In this document: positions 34,161 to 45,503 of the stretch, piece after piece
How the letters are laid out: the number at the start of each line of letters is the position of its first letter
Position numbering within the stretch: position 1 is the stretch's first letter
Origin: Ascoidea asiatica JCM 7603
Taxonomy: Eukaryota > Fungi > Ascomycota
DNA length: 64,000 nt
NCBI GenBank assembly: GCA_001600695.1
Contig: BCKQ01000006.1
Location: 549,937 to 613,936 of the forward strand
Direction of reading: 5' to 3'
Program-made: the position numbers and the translations under genes
Notes under the pieces: generated by a model
What the model saw: the letters and a program-made list of their open reading frames with translations, nothing else
Told to the model about the DNA's origin: nothing
The model's database searches: none

Positions 34161-34643
34161 ATGACTGATATTTTATCCTCTATTGAAAATACCTTAGCCG
34201 GTAAAAACCAACCTGGCAAAAAAGGTAAAAAAGGTGGTAAAAAAAATTCTCCAAAATCAAGACAACAAATTAAAGATGGTATTTTAATTTTTGATGATTT
34301 AGATTCTTTTAAAACTGAAATTGAGAATGAATCTTTAGTTCATGCTCAAGTTAATTATACTCCTCAATTTGTCCTAAATTCCTGTCATAACGATTTAGAA
34401 AAAATTAAACCTTCAATGAATAAAAAAAATAAAAAATTTGTTAGACATTTAAATCAACATGTTAAAAAAAATTTATTATCTGTTCATCCTAATATGAAAT
34501 TAGCTGGTACTGAAGATACAAATGATAAATTAACTTATAGATATATTGAGGAAATCGATGAAGGCAAAAAAATTGAAATGGAAGTTGCTTCATTTACTGA
34601 TAATGCTAATGTATTTGTTGACTATAAATCTTATTCTTGTTAA
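34161..34643 (+). CDS. RGI1: Respiratory growth induced protein (Rgi1/Rgi2 family)
   Basis: IFDDLDSF, NYTPQFVLNSCHNDLEKIKPSMN, KKFVRHLNQHVKKNLL, VFVDYKS; first ATG at 34161. Confidence 0.85.
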   Translation: MTDILSSIENTLAGKNQPGKKGKKGGKKNSPKSRQQIKDGILIFDDLDSFKTEIENESLVHAQVNYTPQFVLNSCHNDLEKIKPSMNKKNKKFVRHLNQHVKKNLLSVHPNMKLAGTEDTNDKLTYRYIEEIDEGKKIEMEVASFTDNANVFVDYKSYSC

Positions 34644-35157
34644 TAATTTTGCTCATGGCATACTATAATAATCTATAATTATTATTCTTGACATTTTTCT
34701 TATAATTCTTTTATGATTTTATGATTTTTTACTTCTTTCTTTTTATTTCCTTTTATCTTATTTTAATCCAACTCTTTTTAGTTCAATTTTTTCTCCAATG
34801 AATTTAAGTTATCAGTTTTAACGAAATTGAATATACATTTTATTATCGACAATTATTAAAAACGAATCTTATTCTAATTCTTGTTTTAATTCTCACAAAT
34901 AATCTTCTACGAACAACAAAACAGATGCTTTTCAAAAAAAAATTTATTGGAAAAAATTCAGTCTCAGTAAAATTATCTTCTTGGTGTCATTTGCAGAAAA
35001 TAGAAGATTCTTGAAAATGGCTTCAAAATATTTTATTACCCTACATATAATTTTTCCAACTTTCAAAAATTTGAAATTACTTTAAATGGAAACATCCGCT
35101 GTGGCTAGTGAAAAACTTTTATTTTCCCTCGGTTATATTTTTCCGTACGCTAAACAG

Positions 35158-35218
35158 GTCACATGCTCCGCTTTCGGAGTTCTGCGCATTGAAATCTGCC
35201 AAATTTTAGCCTTGGCAA
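35158..35218. promoter_or_regulatory. Candidate regulatory cluster upstream of the DHA2 transporter
   Basis: GTCACATG (bHLH/Cbf1-like) at 35158, palindrome CTCCG-CTTT-CGGAG (CCG-N4-CGG, Zn2Cys6-type) at 35166-35179, CTTGGCA (Rim101/PacC-like) near 35211. Factor names are inference. Confidence 0.4.
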
Positions 35219-36238
35219 ATTTAAGCTTTTGTGTTTTTCTAAACCTTTTTTGAAAATACTTAAACTCTTAAAAGAACTATTGCTTCTCGGATATAATATT
35301 AATTTCAAGTTAAAGTTTCGTGAAAGTTTTGAATCGTTTGAAAAGTTTTAAATAGTTCATTTTTTTAATTTTTCATTTCTTAAATATTTCTATTTAAACT
35401 ATTTAAATTTTTTTCAGCTAATGGGTAATAAATATTTTTGCATTTATGAAGGTTAATCAATTTTAAAGTCTCCTATTGGAATTACAAATTTCAATTAAAA
35501 AATCTAAAAAGCTTTTCAAGCAGTATTTTAATTTCTCCTATTATGTAAATTATCATCAAAAATTATGTAACACTATGGTCTCAGATATCCTTATCTTTTC
35601 AAACTTCGTTTAATAATTATTTTGAATACTCTACCGTTAGATTTTTTTATTTTTCAACCTATTGACTTCTTCTATCCATGTAGGTTCAAGTTTTCATACT
35701 TTAGTATTCCTTTTAGCCATTTACTCCCTTTATTCAATTTAAAGTAAAAAAAAGCTTATACTTTTTCATTAGAATTCTTTCTAATGAGTCAATTCAAATA
35801 AATGCTAGACTCGTAATGATATTATTAGGTTAATAATTAAAGTGTTAGTGAATTATTTCAGAATCTTCAAAGTTTTCGAACAATCAGTTTGAAAATTTAA
35901 GCCAAATTAATAATAATTCAAATTAAAAAAAATAATTAAGAATAATCATAAACTTTATTAATTTCAAATTTTTTATCAAACTAAAAAGTGGTCATTAAAA
36001 CTTCAAGTGTTAAAAATTCATAATTTCATTATACAATTACGTTACCTTGTTATAAAAAGGTGTCAAAGTTCAATAATATTCAACAAAAGAAAAGAAAAGT
36101 TTTTAATTTGATTATATTTTTATTTTTAAGAGCAAAATAAACACAATATAATATGTCAGAAGAAAAAATTACTTTTTTCAAACACTTTAATTTTTTTCAA
36201 ATCTCTTTATATTATAATTCTATTCAATTTTAAATAAT

Positions 36239-37954
36239 ATGTCAAAAAATACTTCAAAAAATATTTCAAAGATTCATATACAAACATCTGATAATGAAAA
36301 ATCTGATATTGAAAAACATAATAAAATTAATGAAACAACTCTTAATGATGAATTAGCTGCAACTCATGATCATTTCTTACCACCAAAAAAAGCTTATATT
36401 GTAATAGCTGGGATGGGGTTTACTTCTTTTTTAGCTACTGTTGATTCAAATGCTATTTCAATTTTATTATCTTCCATTGCCGATGATTTGAATGCAGGCC
36501 AAACTATTCAATGGGCTGGTACTGCTTCTTTTATTGCAAATACTGTATTTCAAGTTTTGTTTGGAAGATTAAGTGATATAATCGGAAGAAAATATTGTAT
36601 GATATGCTGTATGATTATTTTAGGAATTTTTGATATTGCTTGTGGTTTATCTCAAACTGGTATTCAACTTTATATTTTCAGAGCAATGGCTGGAATTGGA
36701 ACAGCAGGAATTTTTAATTTATCAATGACAATAATTGCAGACATAGCTCCTTTGAGAAAAAGAGGTATTTATCAAGGTATTTTAGGTGCTTTTTATGGTA
36801 CAGGTAATGCTGTTGGACCATTTATTGCAACTGGTTTTGCTCAAAATTTAACATGGAGAGGTTTTTATTATTTCTTAGGTCCTTGTGTTATACTCTCAAT
36901 TGTTCCTGTTTGGTTTCTTGTTCCAAATTCAATTCCCGATTTAACTTTAAAACAAAAACTCTTGAATATTGATTACGCTGGTTTCTTATTTAGTAGTGCA
37001 GGTTTGATATTACTTCTTATACCAATTGAAGGTGGAGGACTTACTTATGATTGGGATAGTGCTCTTGTAATTGCAATGTTTATTGTAGGAGCATTATGTT
37101 TAGTTGCTTTTGTCTTTGTTGAATTAAAATTTGCTAAATTGCCAATGATTCCAATGAGATTATTTAAAAACGTGAGATTAGATATTGTTTTCCTTCAAGG
37201 GTTACTTTTTGGAATGGCATTTTATTGCGTTAATTATTATTACCCATATTATTTTCAATCTGTTCGTCATACAAGTATTTTAATAAACTCTTGTTTTATG
37301 CTTTGTCTATTATTACCTCAAACTCTTTATTCAATTGCTAGCGGACTTATTATTTCTAAAACAGGTCATTATAATCCTATAATTAGATCAAGTTTTGCTA
37401 TTTGGACAACAGCATGTGGTTTATTGTTATTATTTTCGAGAAAACTTCCGTATCCAGCTGTTGGCACTATTATGGGTTTGCATGGTTTATCCTTTGGTGG
37501 TGTATTTCAACCTACTTTAATTTGTGCCTTGGCCATTTCAAGAAGAGAAGATAGGTCAATTGTTATTTCTACAAGAAATGTTCTTAGATCTTTTGGTGGT
37601 TCATTAGGTTTTGCATTTTGTGCTTTAATCTTTTCAACAACTCTTAAAAGTAATATCAATAAAAATACGACTTTATCTGATTCCGTAAAGGAGTATATAA
37701 TCAAGCATATTTATTCAAAGATTAATTTTGATGTTATAACTTCTCCAGAGGATATCATTGTTGTTCAGGACATGTATATGAAATCTTTGAAAAACATTTT
37801 CAAACTTTGGATTCCTTTGATTGGAATCTGTTTTCTTTCATCTTTATTAATTAAAGATCATGGATTAGAAGTGGACCAGAAATTGAAAAAACTTGAACCT
37901 TCTGACGAGGAATCAAATACCGGTAGGGAAGAATCGGAGCCGCAAGATAAGTAA
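36239..37954 (+). CDS. MFS drug:H+ antiporter, DHA2 (14-TM) family
   Basis: Motif A FGRLSDIIGRK, IIADIAPLRKRGIYQG, motif C GNAVGPFIA, WRGFYY, IDYAG, PMIPMRLF. Confidence 0.92.
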   Translation: MSKNTSKNISKIHIQTSDNEKSDIEKHNKINETTLNDELAATHDHFLPPKKAYIVIAGMGFTSFLATVDSNAISILLSSIADDLNAGQTIQWAGTASFIANTVFQVLFGRLSDIIGRKYCMICCMIILGIFDIACGLSQTGIQLYIFRAMAGIGTAGIFNLSMTIIADIAPLRKRGIYQGILGAFYGTGNAVGPFIATGFAQNLTWRGFYYFLGPCVILSIVPVWFLVPNSIPDLTLKQKLLNIDYAGFLFSSAGLILLLIPIEGGGLTYDWDSALVIAMFIVGALCLVAFVFVELKFAKLPMIPMRLFKNVRLDIVFLQGLLFGMAFYCVNYYYPYYFQSVRHTSILINSCFMLCLLLPQTLYSIASGLIISKTGHYNPIIRSSFAIWTTACGLLLLFSRKLPYPAVGTIMGLHGLSFGGVFQPTLICALAISRREDRSIVISTRNVLRSFGGSLGFAFCALIFSTTLKSNINKNTTLSDSVKEYIIKHIYSKINFDVITSPEDIIVVQDMYMKSLKNIFKLWIPLIGICFLSSLLIKDHGLEVDQKLKKLEPSDEESNTGREESEPQDK

Positions 37955-38249
37955 TTAAGCTTTAATGTATATTATTTAAATATTATTTAAATGATATCCA
38001 GTCATAAATAAATATGCATGTATCGTACCAGAAATAATTTATAAACTTTAAGCTGAAAGATAAGGTAGTTATCTAAAAGGACATAAATTACCATAATGTG
38101 TTCGATTAAGCAATATATAGGAGAATTAAAATAATGTATAAAAAAATATAAAAAAATATAAAAAAATATGAAAAGAACGAAAATATAACAAAAAATTAAA
38201 AAGGTTTCGAATTTGTTTGGAACAAATGAAAAAAAAAAAAAAAACATTT

Positions 38250-39926
38250 CTAACCTTCAAGCTTATCATCAATTCCTGCAGAAGATACTTCAGGAAGTTT
38301 ACCATCTTTTCCATGAGAAATTTGACTTACGATTTCTTCGCTATCATCTTCATCTAATTCTTGAGGAAGTAATAAATTAACAATTACCCCGACAATACCT
38401 GCAAGAGCATATCCAGTTTCACAGATAAGAACAATTGCATTTAAGAATCCCTTTAATTTATTATTGTTACCACTATAAGTGAAAACATTATCAAACCAAG
38501 TACTTACTAAAGTTGATCCTAAACCTAAGACTAATGAACAAGTTAACACAAATCTATCTCTTCTAGTTAATGGACATGTTGCAATAATACAAATACCTGA
38601 AACTGCAACAGAAGTAAAAAGGAAAGTAGTCATACCACCTAAAACAGCTTTTGGAATTGCAACTAAAGCGGCTGCAAATTTTGAGAAAATACCCATTACA
38701 ATTAAAAAGAAACAAGCCCAATAACCAGCTGTTCTATTAGCACATTTAGTAATTGAGATAACACCATTATTTTGAGCAAACGTTGACATTGGAGTAAGTG
38801 TCATTAATCCAGATAAAAGACCATTCAAACCATCTGCTAAAACACCACCTTGAATTCTAGATTCATATTGTGGACCTTCAACTTCAAGTCTTGAAACATC
38901 AGAAGTAGCAGTGATATCACCAATAGCTTCCATCATAAGAATAATATATACAGCTAGCATTGGTAATACAGCTGGACCATATACAGTTAATTTGAAAGTA
39001 TGAACCCAGATGAAAGTTGCAGCAGGAGCAGCATCAATTGAAGATTTATCAAAATAGTTACAAGCAGCAGAAACAATACAACCGACTAATAAACCCATAA
39101 TGACGGCACAAGATCTCATAATTGGAGCACCCCATTTTTCACAAATAATGATAACAACATAAACAAGGAAACCAAGACCAATAAATTCTGCAGAACCATA
39201 TTCCAAAGGATGTGGAGCTGTTGAAGAAGGACATACTGCATCTGTACATCCTGAACCACCAATCCAATCTTCAAAACCAGATTCAATTAAAGAAATACCA
39301 ATAATTAAAACAACTGGACCAGTAACAATTGGAGGAAAAATCTTTTGTAAAATCTTTGGAGGCATAAATGAAAGAGCAATTTCAATCAATGCACAACAAC
39401 ATGAAGTTCCTAAAATTGCACCATAACCATCAGGACAAGCTAATTGATTTCCATCAGCATCTATAGGACATTCACCGTTAGTATACATCATTGGAATAGC
39501 CTTTGAAACAATAGTGATAGTTGCAAAAGAAGTACCAACTACAGATAATAAACCAGTTCCAATATAATATGGAGTTTTATAAATATGAAATCTTGTAATT
39601 TGAATTGCAGATAAAATACCAGAAACAATTAATGAAACTGAAACTAGATATTGTTCAATATCAGTATCTAAATTTGCAGTAGAAGCGATAATAAGTGGTG
39701 GAGTAACAATACCAGCCAACATAGAAAGAGAATGTTGTAAACCTAAGATGAAACCTAATAATAAAGGCATATCTGAATTTAAAGAAAAAAATGGTTGAAT
39801 TGTTTTATTTTTTTTTAGAAAAGGTAATTGAGGTGTGAATAAATATTTATAATCATAATCACCAAGAAAACCTTCCTTTGTGGTGAATTTTTTGATAACA
39901 TTTTGAGATATTTCTTTGAAAGCCAT
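38250..39926 (-). CDS. Xanthine/uric acid permease, NCS2/NAT family (UapA/UapC/Xut1-like)
   Basis: LGLQHSLSMLAG, NAT signature QNNGVISITKCANR, EAIGDITAT, GGVLADG. Confidence 0.94.
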   Translation of the reverse strand: MAFKEISQNVIKKFTTKEGFLGDYDYKYLFTPQLPFLKKNKTIQPFFSLNSDMPLLLGFILGLQHSLSMLAGIVTPPLIIASTANLDTDIEQYLVSVSLIVSGILSAIQITRFHIYKTPYYIGTGLLSVVGTSFATITIVSKAIPMMYTNGECPIDADGNQLACPDGYGAILGTSCCCALIEIALSFMPPKILQKIFPPIVTGPVVLIIGISLIESGFEDWIGGSGCTDAVCPSSTAPHPLEYGSAEFIGLGFLVYVVIIICEKWGAPIMRSCAVIMGLLVGCIVSAACNYFDKSSIDAAPAATFIWVHTFKLTVYGPAVLPMLAVYIILMMEAIGDITATSDVSRLEVEGPQYESRIQGGVLADGLNGLLSGLMTLTPMSTFAQNNGVISITKCANRTAGYWACFFLIVMGIFSKFAAALVAIPKAVLGGMTTFLFTSVAVSGICIIATCPLTRRDRFVLTCSLVLGLGSTLVSTWFDNVFTYSGNNNKLKGFLNAIVLICETGYALAGIVGVIVNLLLPQELDEDDSEEIVSQISHGKDGKLPEVSSAGIDDKLEG

Positions 39927-42900
39927 TTTTGATGATGATGAAAACTTTTTTAATTGATAATATCCTTTTTTTTTTTTTTATTATGTTTTCAAACCTTTTA
40001 TTTGGTTGAAAATATATGTTAAAGTTTAATTGAACTATTAATAATAATAATGATTGTTCTTATTATTATTAAATGGATATTCTATTTTTTTTTTTGTTAA
40101 TTGTAGTTCCAATGTTTTCTAATTACTTTATAATCTTAAAAAAAATTATTAGATTTTCAGAAGGGATTGATATGATATTTATATATTTGAAATTATTGAA
40201 TATATTTAAATTGGTGAAATATTTTGAAATAAATCAAACTAATATTTAAATAATATCAAATAGCATAATGTGCTTACATTTTTTGTAAAAAAGGTCCAAA
40301 GCAACAAAAAATTAAGTTCTTTGAGTAATATGCAGTACACTGAAGAAATATTTTATAAGTGATAAGAAAACATTTTTTGAAGTAAGTTTTTGTAATGAAT
40401 AAAGTTTCAAAGTAATTTAAAGAAAGAATGGTTTTAGGACCGGTGTAGAAATAAAAATTTAATAAAAATAACAAAAATTATAGAAATTGCTAAAATACCC
40501 CAATAGCTCTGCAAACTAAGGTAAATGACAGTTCCTAATCCAGTTTAGAGAAAGTGTTTTTTCTCCCATTTTTGTTTTTATCATTTAAAGCCATTATTAT
40601 TAAAAAAAGAAAAGAAGAAAAAGAAAAGAAAGTAAATTTACTTTTCAAAGTTTTAGAGAAAATAATGAAGCAATATTTGAATTTTCACTTAAGGTCTTAG
40701 AGACAACCATGATTTATTTCCGTTATTGGATTAAAGAGTTTTTATGGCTATCAAAAACCCCAATTACTGCTTAACTCGATAAGGTATTCTGGTACTTTAC
40801 TTTTTTTTGTGTTACGAACGATTGAAAATCAAGTTTTTTTGTCAAGTTGCTGGATAAATGAAAAGTGAAATTATTTGTGAATTAAATGAAGCTTTCATTA
40901 TTTGTTTTGAGGGAGAGTTTCAATGAGAATTAAGCGACAAATTTCCTCAAGAATATTAGGTCCCCAGAGTATATTCTCCTAAGATACTAATTTAAAGAAT
41001 ACTCAATTCATTTGAAAATTCTTTTAAAATAGTGAAATATCAGCAATAATATTGGTGTAGTGATTAATATTCCCAAAGTTTTTTCCGGGGTAGATAAAAA
41101 AATCATAATGGGATTTCGGCGAATCAGAAAGCAATCGAATATTGCATTTTCAGAGGGCACACAGCCCTAAAATCCTTTTAGTAAAACTTATTTTGGACCA
41201 CTTTTTTTTTTAGGTGTAAAAAAAACACGATACTGCACTCAAACGCTGTATATGAATATAGGAACAAGGCACTAATCTATCGGCCAGTAAGTTTGTGCTG
41301 TAAATGCACCCGTTCTATCAGGCTATCAATCATTGCAGAACAGCAGCAAACAACTCCCACAAGTCTAATTTTTATTACTTTACATTAATTGAAGGGTTTT
41401 AGCCAGCCAATCTGAGCGGGAATAGAAGAGATAAGCTATTGCTCATAACTCAAACACCTCACCGGTTCAGGTCACATGACAACGGTGCAGGACCCTATCC
41501 CGAACCAGGATTCCTGATATGAAAGAAGGAAAAAAATATATTCGAAACTCCATTATTCAGACTGCTTGAAAGAAATTGAATTGAGTGAAACTAAACTCAC
41601 CAAAAGACTATTAAAAATCAGATACAAGAATGAACTGTCTTTCAAAAGGAATTTAACGGAGTTTGGGGTACATCTATGCTGAAAGAAAAAGCAAAAAAAA
41701 AATGAAATTTATTCAGCATTCAAATTTTGAAATTCAAAAACTTAGAAAAAAAAATTGTAAAAGATTTTGTAGTGGCATTAATGTAATGGCTTTAATGATC
41801 ATTAAAACTATTCTGCTTTTAAATTATAGAAGATGAGGTTTCGTTTATTAAACCGAGACTCGATATTTCAATCAATATGGTAGTCAATTGATACATCAAA
41901 ATTCATGAATATAAGTATTCTTGTTGATTCATGTACGTTATTTTTATAAGATTTTTCAGTTTGAAATATTGAAACAAATTTGTCAGGAATAAGAACTTTC
42001 AATGGTATGAATATTCACTAGATTTTAATATAAAAAAAATATAATTTTTGTTTTTATTTTTCAGCATATTTTGACTTTAGCTTTTTAGACTTACAGTCCA
42101 TCATTACGAAAAATTAAAACTAGTACAGTAGCCATTGAAAATTTATTTTTTACCATTGAGCATTTAAGTGATAAAGTTTTAATTTTTTAAAGATATTTTA
42201 ATTACAATGAAACTAAATAATGAGTGAACTATACAGTTTCTTCGTATATAATGTCATATGCTTCACGTAATATTACTCTTAATTGAAAAAAGGTCTTTTG
42301 TATATTGATAGCTGTTTATTGTGAAATGAGCATAGTTCTGTATATTATTTAGTAATTTGAATTAGAACAAATGAATATGAATATCTTATGAAGATATCGG
42401 CGAACCTCATTATTCTTCAATTGAAATTAAATTATTTTATTTTCTTCTGCTTTTTATTCTTTTGTGATTGTGTTTTACTATTTTAGGATTGACCATTCAT
42501 TTAAAAAAATTAAATTTATTCTATAAAAAAGAAATAAAAAATTGAGTTATTTCTATCAAAAGTTTAAAATAATAAATGATTTATCCTTTTTATTCAGAAT
42601 TTAAGTTTCCTATTCGATTTTAAATAAAATACTTCAAAAAGGCTAAAAAATAATTATTATTTTTTGAAAAAAAATATTTATTGAAGTGAAATAAATCATT
42701 TTCCGGTTCAGCGATGTCACGTGCGCAATTTTAATTTTGATTTTATTAGAAGAATTGTAGCTTATCTTTCTGGCTCACTATTAACAACCGGACTTAACAT
42801 TAATAGTTTTAAGCGTATATTAAAGAATTTATTTAAAGAAAATTAACAGGTTTTTGGTATCAAAAGAGAATTTGATAAAAGTAGCACATGACCGGCTTCC

Positions 42901-44357
42901 TCAACTTTCGACTGACTAAAAATGGCAGGCCGAGTTTTAAAATCAGAGGTGTATAATTTGTAAAATTTGGGGTTTTCAACTCGAATATATGAATAAAAAT
43001 ACCATATTCAATCAAAAAAGTTTTTTTAAAGAATAGATGAGCTTTTTATGTAAAGCAGAGAGGTTAATTTTTTGTGTTAAAATCAAAAAACTGTAATGAG
43101 ACTTTCTTAAAGAATTGATTTTCAACGAAATAAAAAAAAACTATGTTTGAGTAAAAAACAACTGAAAAAACAAAATGAGCTTGTCGCTTAAATATTTTTG
43201 CGTTTTAATTTCTCACGCGCTTTTGTTAATTGTCGGATCGTGATTAGGTTATTTTTCCTTTTTATGCTTCCGTGTACTCCAAAAAGCATATGTATTCTAA
43301 CCCGATAGCCGACTCAATTTATATTACGAGCCGAAACTTAAACTTTAAGTTTGAAGACCCTTTAAGACCCTTTAAGACCCTTTTTTCAATGAGGCAATTA
43401 CTGTATATTTAACAGCCCTCAATAAAATTCTATTTTAAATGAAAAGTAGAAGAAATTTTGCATTTCCTCTAATTTCTTATTAAAAAGTTACTAATGCCAA
43501 ATTTACTAAATTTTCTTCTGATATGCTTAACTTTTATAGGTCACATGTTCAAATTTATTGCTACGGAAAGAAAATAGCTACCTGAAAGTAGACCCTAAAA
43601 AAGTTATTGAAATTAACTTTATTGATAAAAAGCATTGATTTTAGAATTTAGAAAAAAGCATTTTTTGGCTTTGAAAGTCTTGCAATAAAAAATTTGGAGT
43701 TCACGAAATATACCATAAACTAAGAAGCTTCAGGAAAAATTGTTCGAAAAATTTAAGATTCCCAGTGCCATTAGCCAGGTAATAAAAGATTATAAATAAT
43801 AATATATCTGAATTTTTGCAGTTAAACTTCTCATTTCAAAACTTTTAAAACTCTATAGGATATTGCCATTTTAAAATTCTAGATTTTTTTTTTTTTTTTT
43901 GAAATAATAATATCTTTATTTTATTGATAAAATTTACCTTCCCTGTGTAAAAACTCTTTCATGAAAGAGAAGTGTATACACCACCGCTTCCTTTTGACCA
44001 ATCAGGTGCCAGAAAACACTAAAATTTACAAACCTGGTATCGTTCCCTAAAAATGCTTTAATTAAGTGACTGTAATAGGGTAATGTTGAATAAAAATAAA
44101 ATCTACATATCAATTTTGCAAATAGTTACTTGAATAGTAAAATAGTTCATCAAATTTATCCAATGAATTAAAGAATTATTTCAAAGAAAAACATTAATTG
44201 ATTAATTTTTGAGGTACATTCAATTAATGATTTCTATATTTAGGTCATATTAGAAATAATTAAATTATATTAAAAAAGTTATAAAATTGAATATAAGATT
44301 GAATGTAAAATTGAATATAAAAGTGAAATATATTAAGAAAAGATTAAGAAAAATGAA

Positions 44358-45459
44358 TTAATTTTTTAAAGCATGAGAACGATTTTTATTTTTAAATAAA
44401 ACAATACTCCAAATAATTGACATAATAATAGTACTTACAATAACTAAAACACTATATAAAATAATATAAAAACTAATTTCTCTTGAAGCAATATCATGAG
44501 CAAATTTACTACTTAAAAATGCTTTATATGAATTTTCATTTAAACCAGTATATGGAGCATAAATTTGTTTTGGACTATTATAATAACTTGCAATTAAAAA
44601 TTTAAAAGTTTCTGTTGAAAATAATTTAAATAATTTTGAATTTGGTATTCTTATCATTTCCCAAATTGGATAACCAATGAATATAAAAGATAAAATAAAA
44701 GAAGTAAAAGAAATAAAAAGAGCTAATTTCATTGGAATTAAATTAATTAAATTATTTTTACTTGCGTCATTTGAAGCTTGTGATATTGAATAATTTCTTT
44801 TTGAATATCTATTAAAAATTGTATTTGAAACAAATAAAGATAAACCACCAAGAATAATATATGAAATTATCATAATTATTGTTAAAATTTCTTCAGTAGT
44901 TGAATAAAAAGATCTAATAAACATATTTATACAATAACCAATAACAAAATAACCATTAAATATTAATAAAGAAATAAATAACATTTCAAAAGATTTTTGA
45001 GATCTTTTAATTAATAAATTTTTATTTAAAATCTGTTGATAAATTGCAGTTTCATCATCATCATCATCTTCTTCTTCTGCATCTTCATTAATTTCATCAT
45101 CATCATCATCATCTAATAGAGAATGATTTAAAGATTTGTTTGAACTAACTTTTAAAACATCATAAAAGAAACTATTATAATGTTGATAAGTTTTAATGAA
45201 AAAAAAAGCTTGAATAATAAATCTTAAGATTGAAATTGATAATATTGAAAAACCATATTTTACAATATTATTAAAAAAAGATTTATTTAACATTTTATTA
45301 TAATAATCATAAACATAATAACAATAAGAAGATTGAGAATATTGAATTAAGATAAAAATAGATTGAATAAAAGAGATTGAAAGAATTATTGATTTTAATG
45401 CAATTAATTTTATTGAGAATGATTGAATTTGAATTTTATTTGAATTTAAATTTGAAATT

Positions 45460-45503
<44 letters not shown>

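Noticed and set aside
41782-41793. TGTAATGGCTTT resembling the 5' end of SRP RNA
   Set aside because: The pairing GGC immediately upstream is missing, and I saw no S-domain helix 8 motif downstream.
43299-43316. AACCCGATAGCCGACTCA resembling RNase P RNA CR-V
   Set aside because: No complementary CR-I to form P4 at a plausible distance upstream.
44084-44092. TGTTGAATA as a Ty-like LTR start
   Set aside because: No matching TCAACA end, target-site duplication or retroelement ORF.
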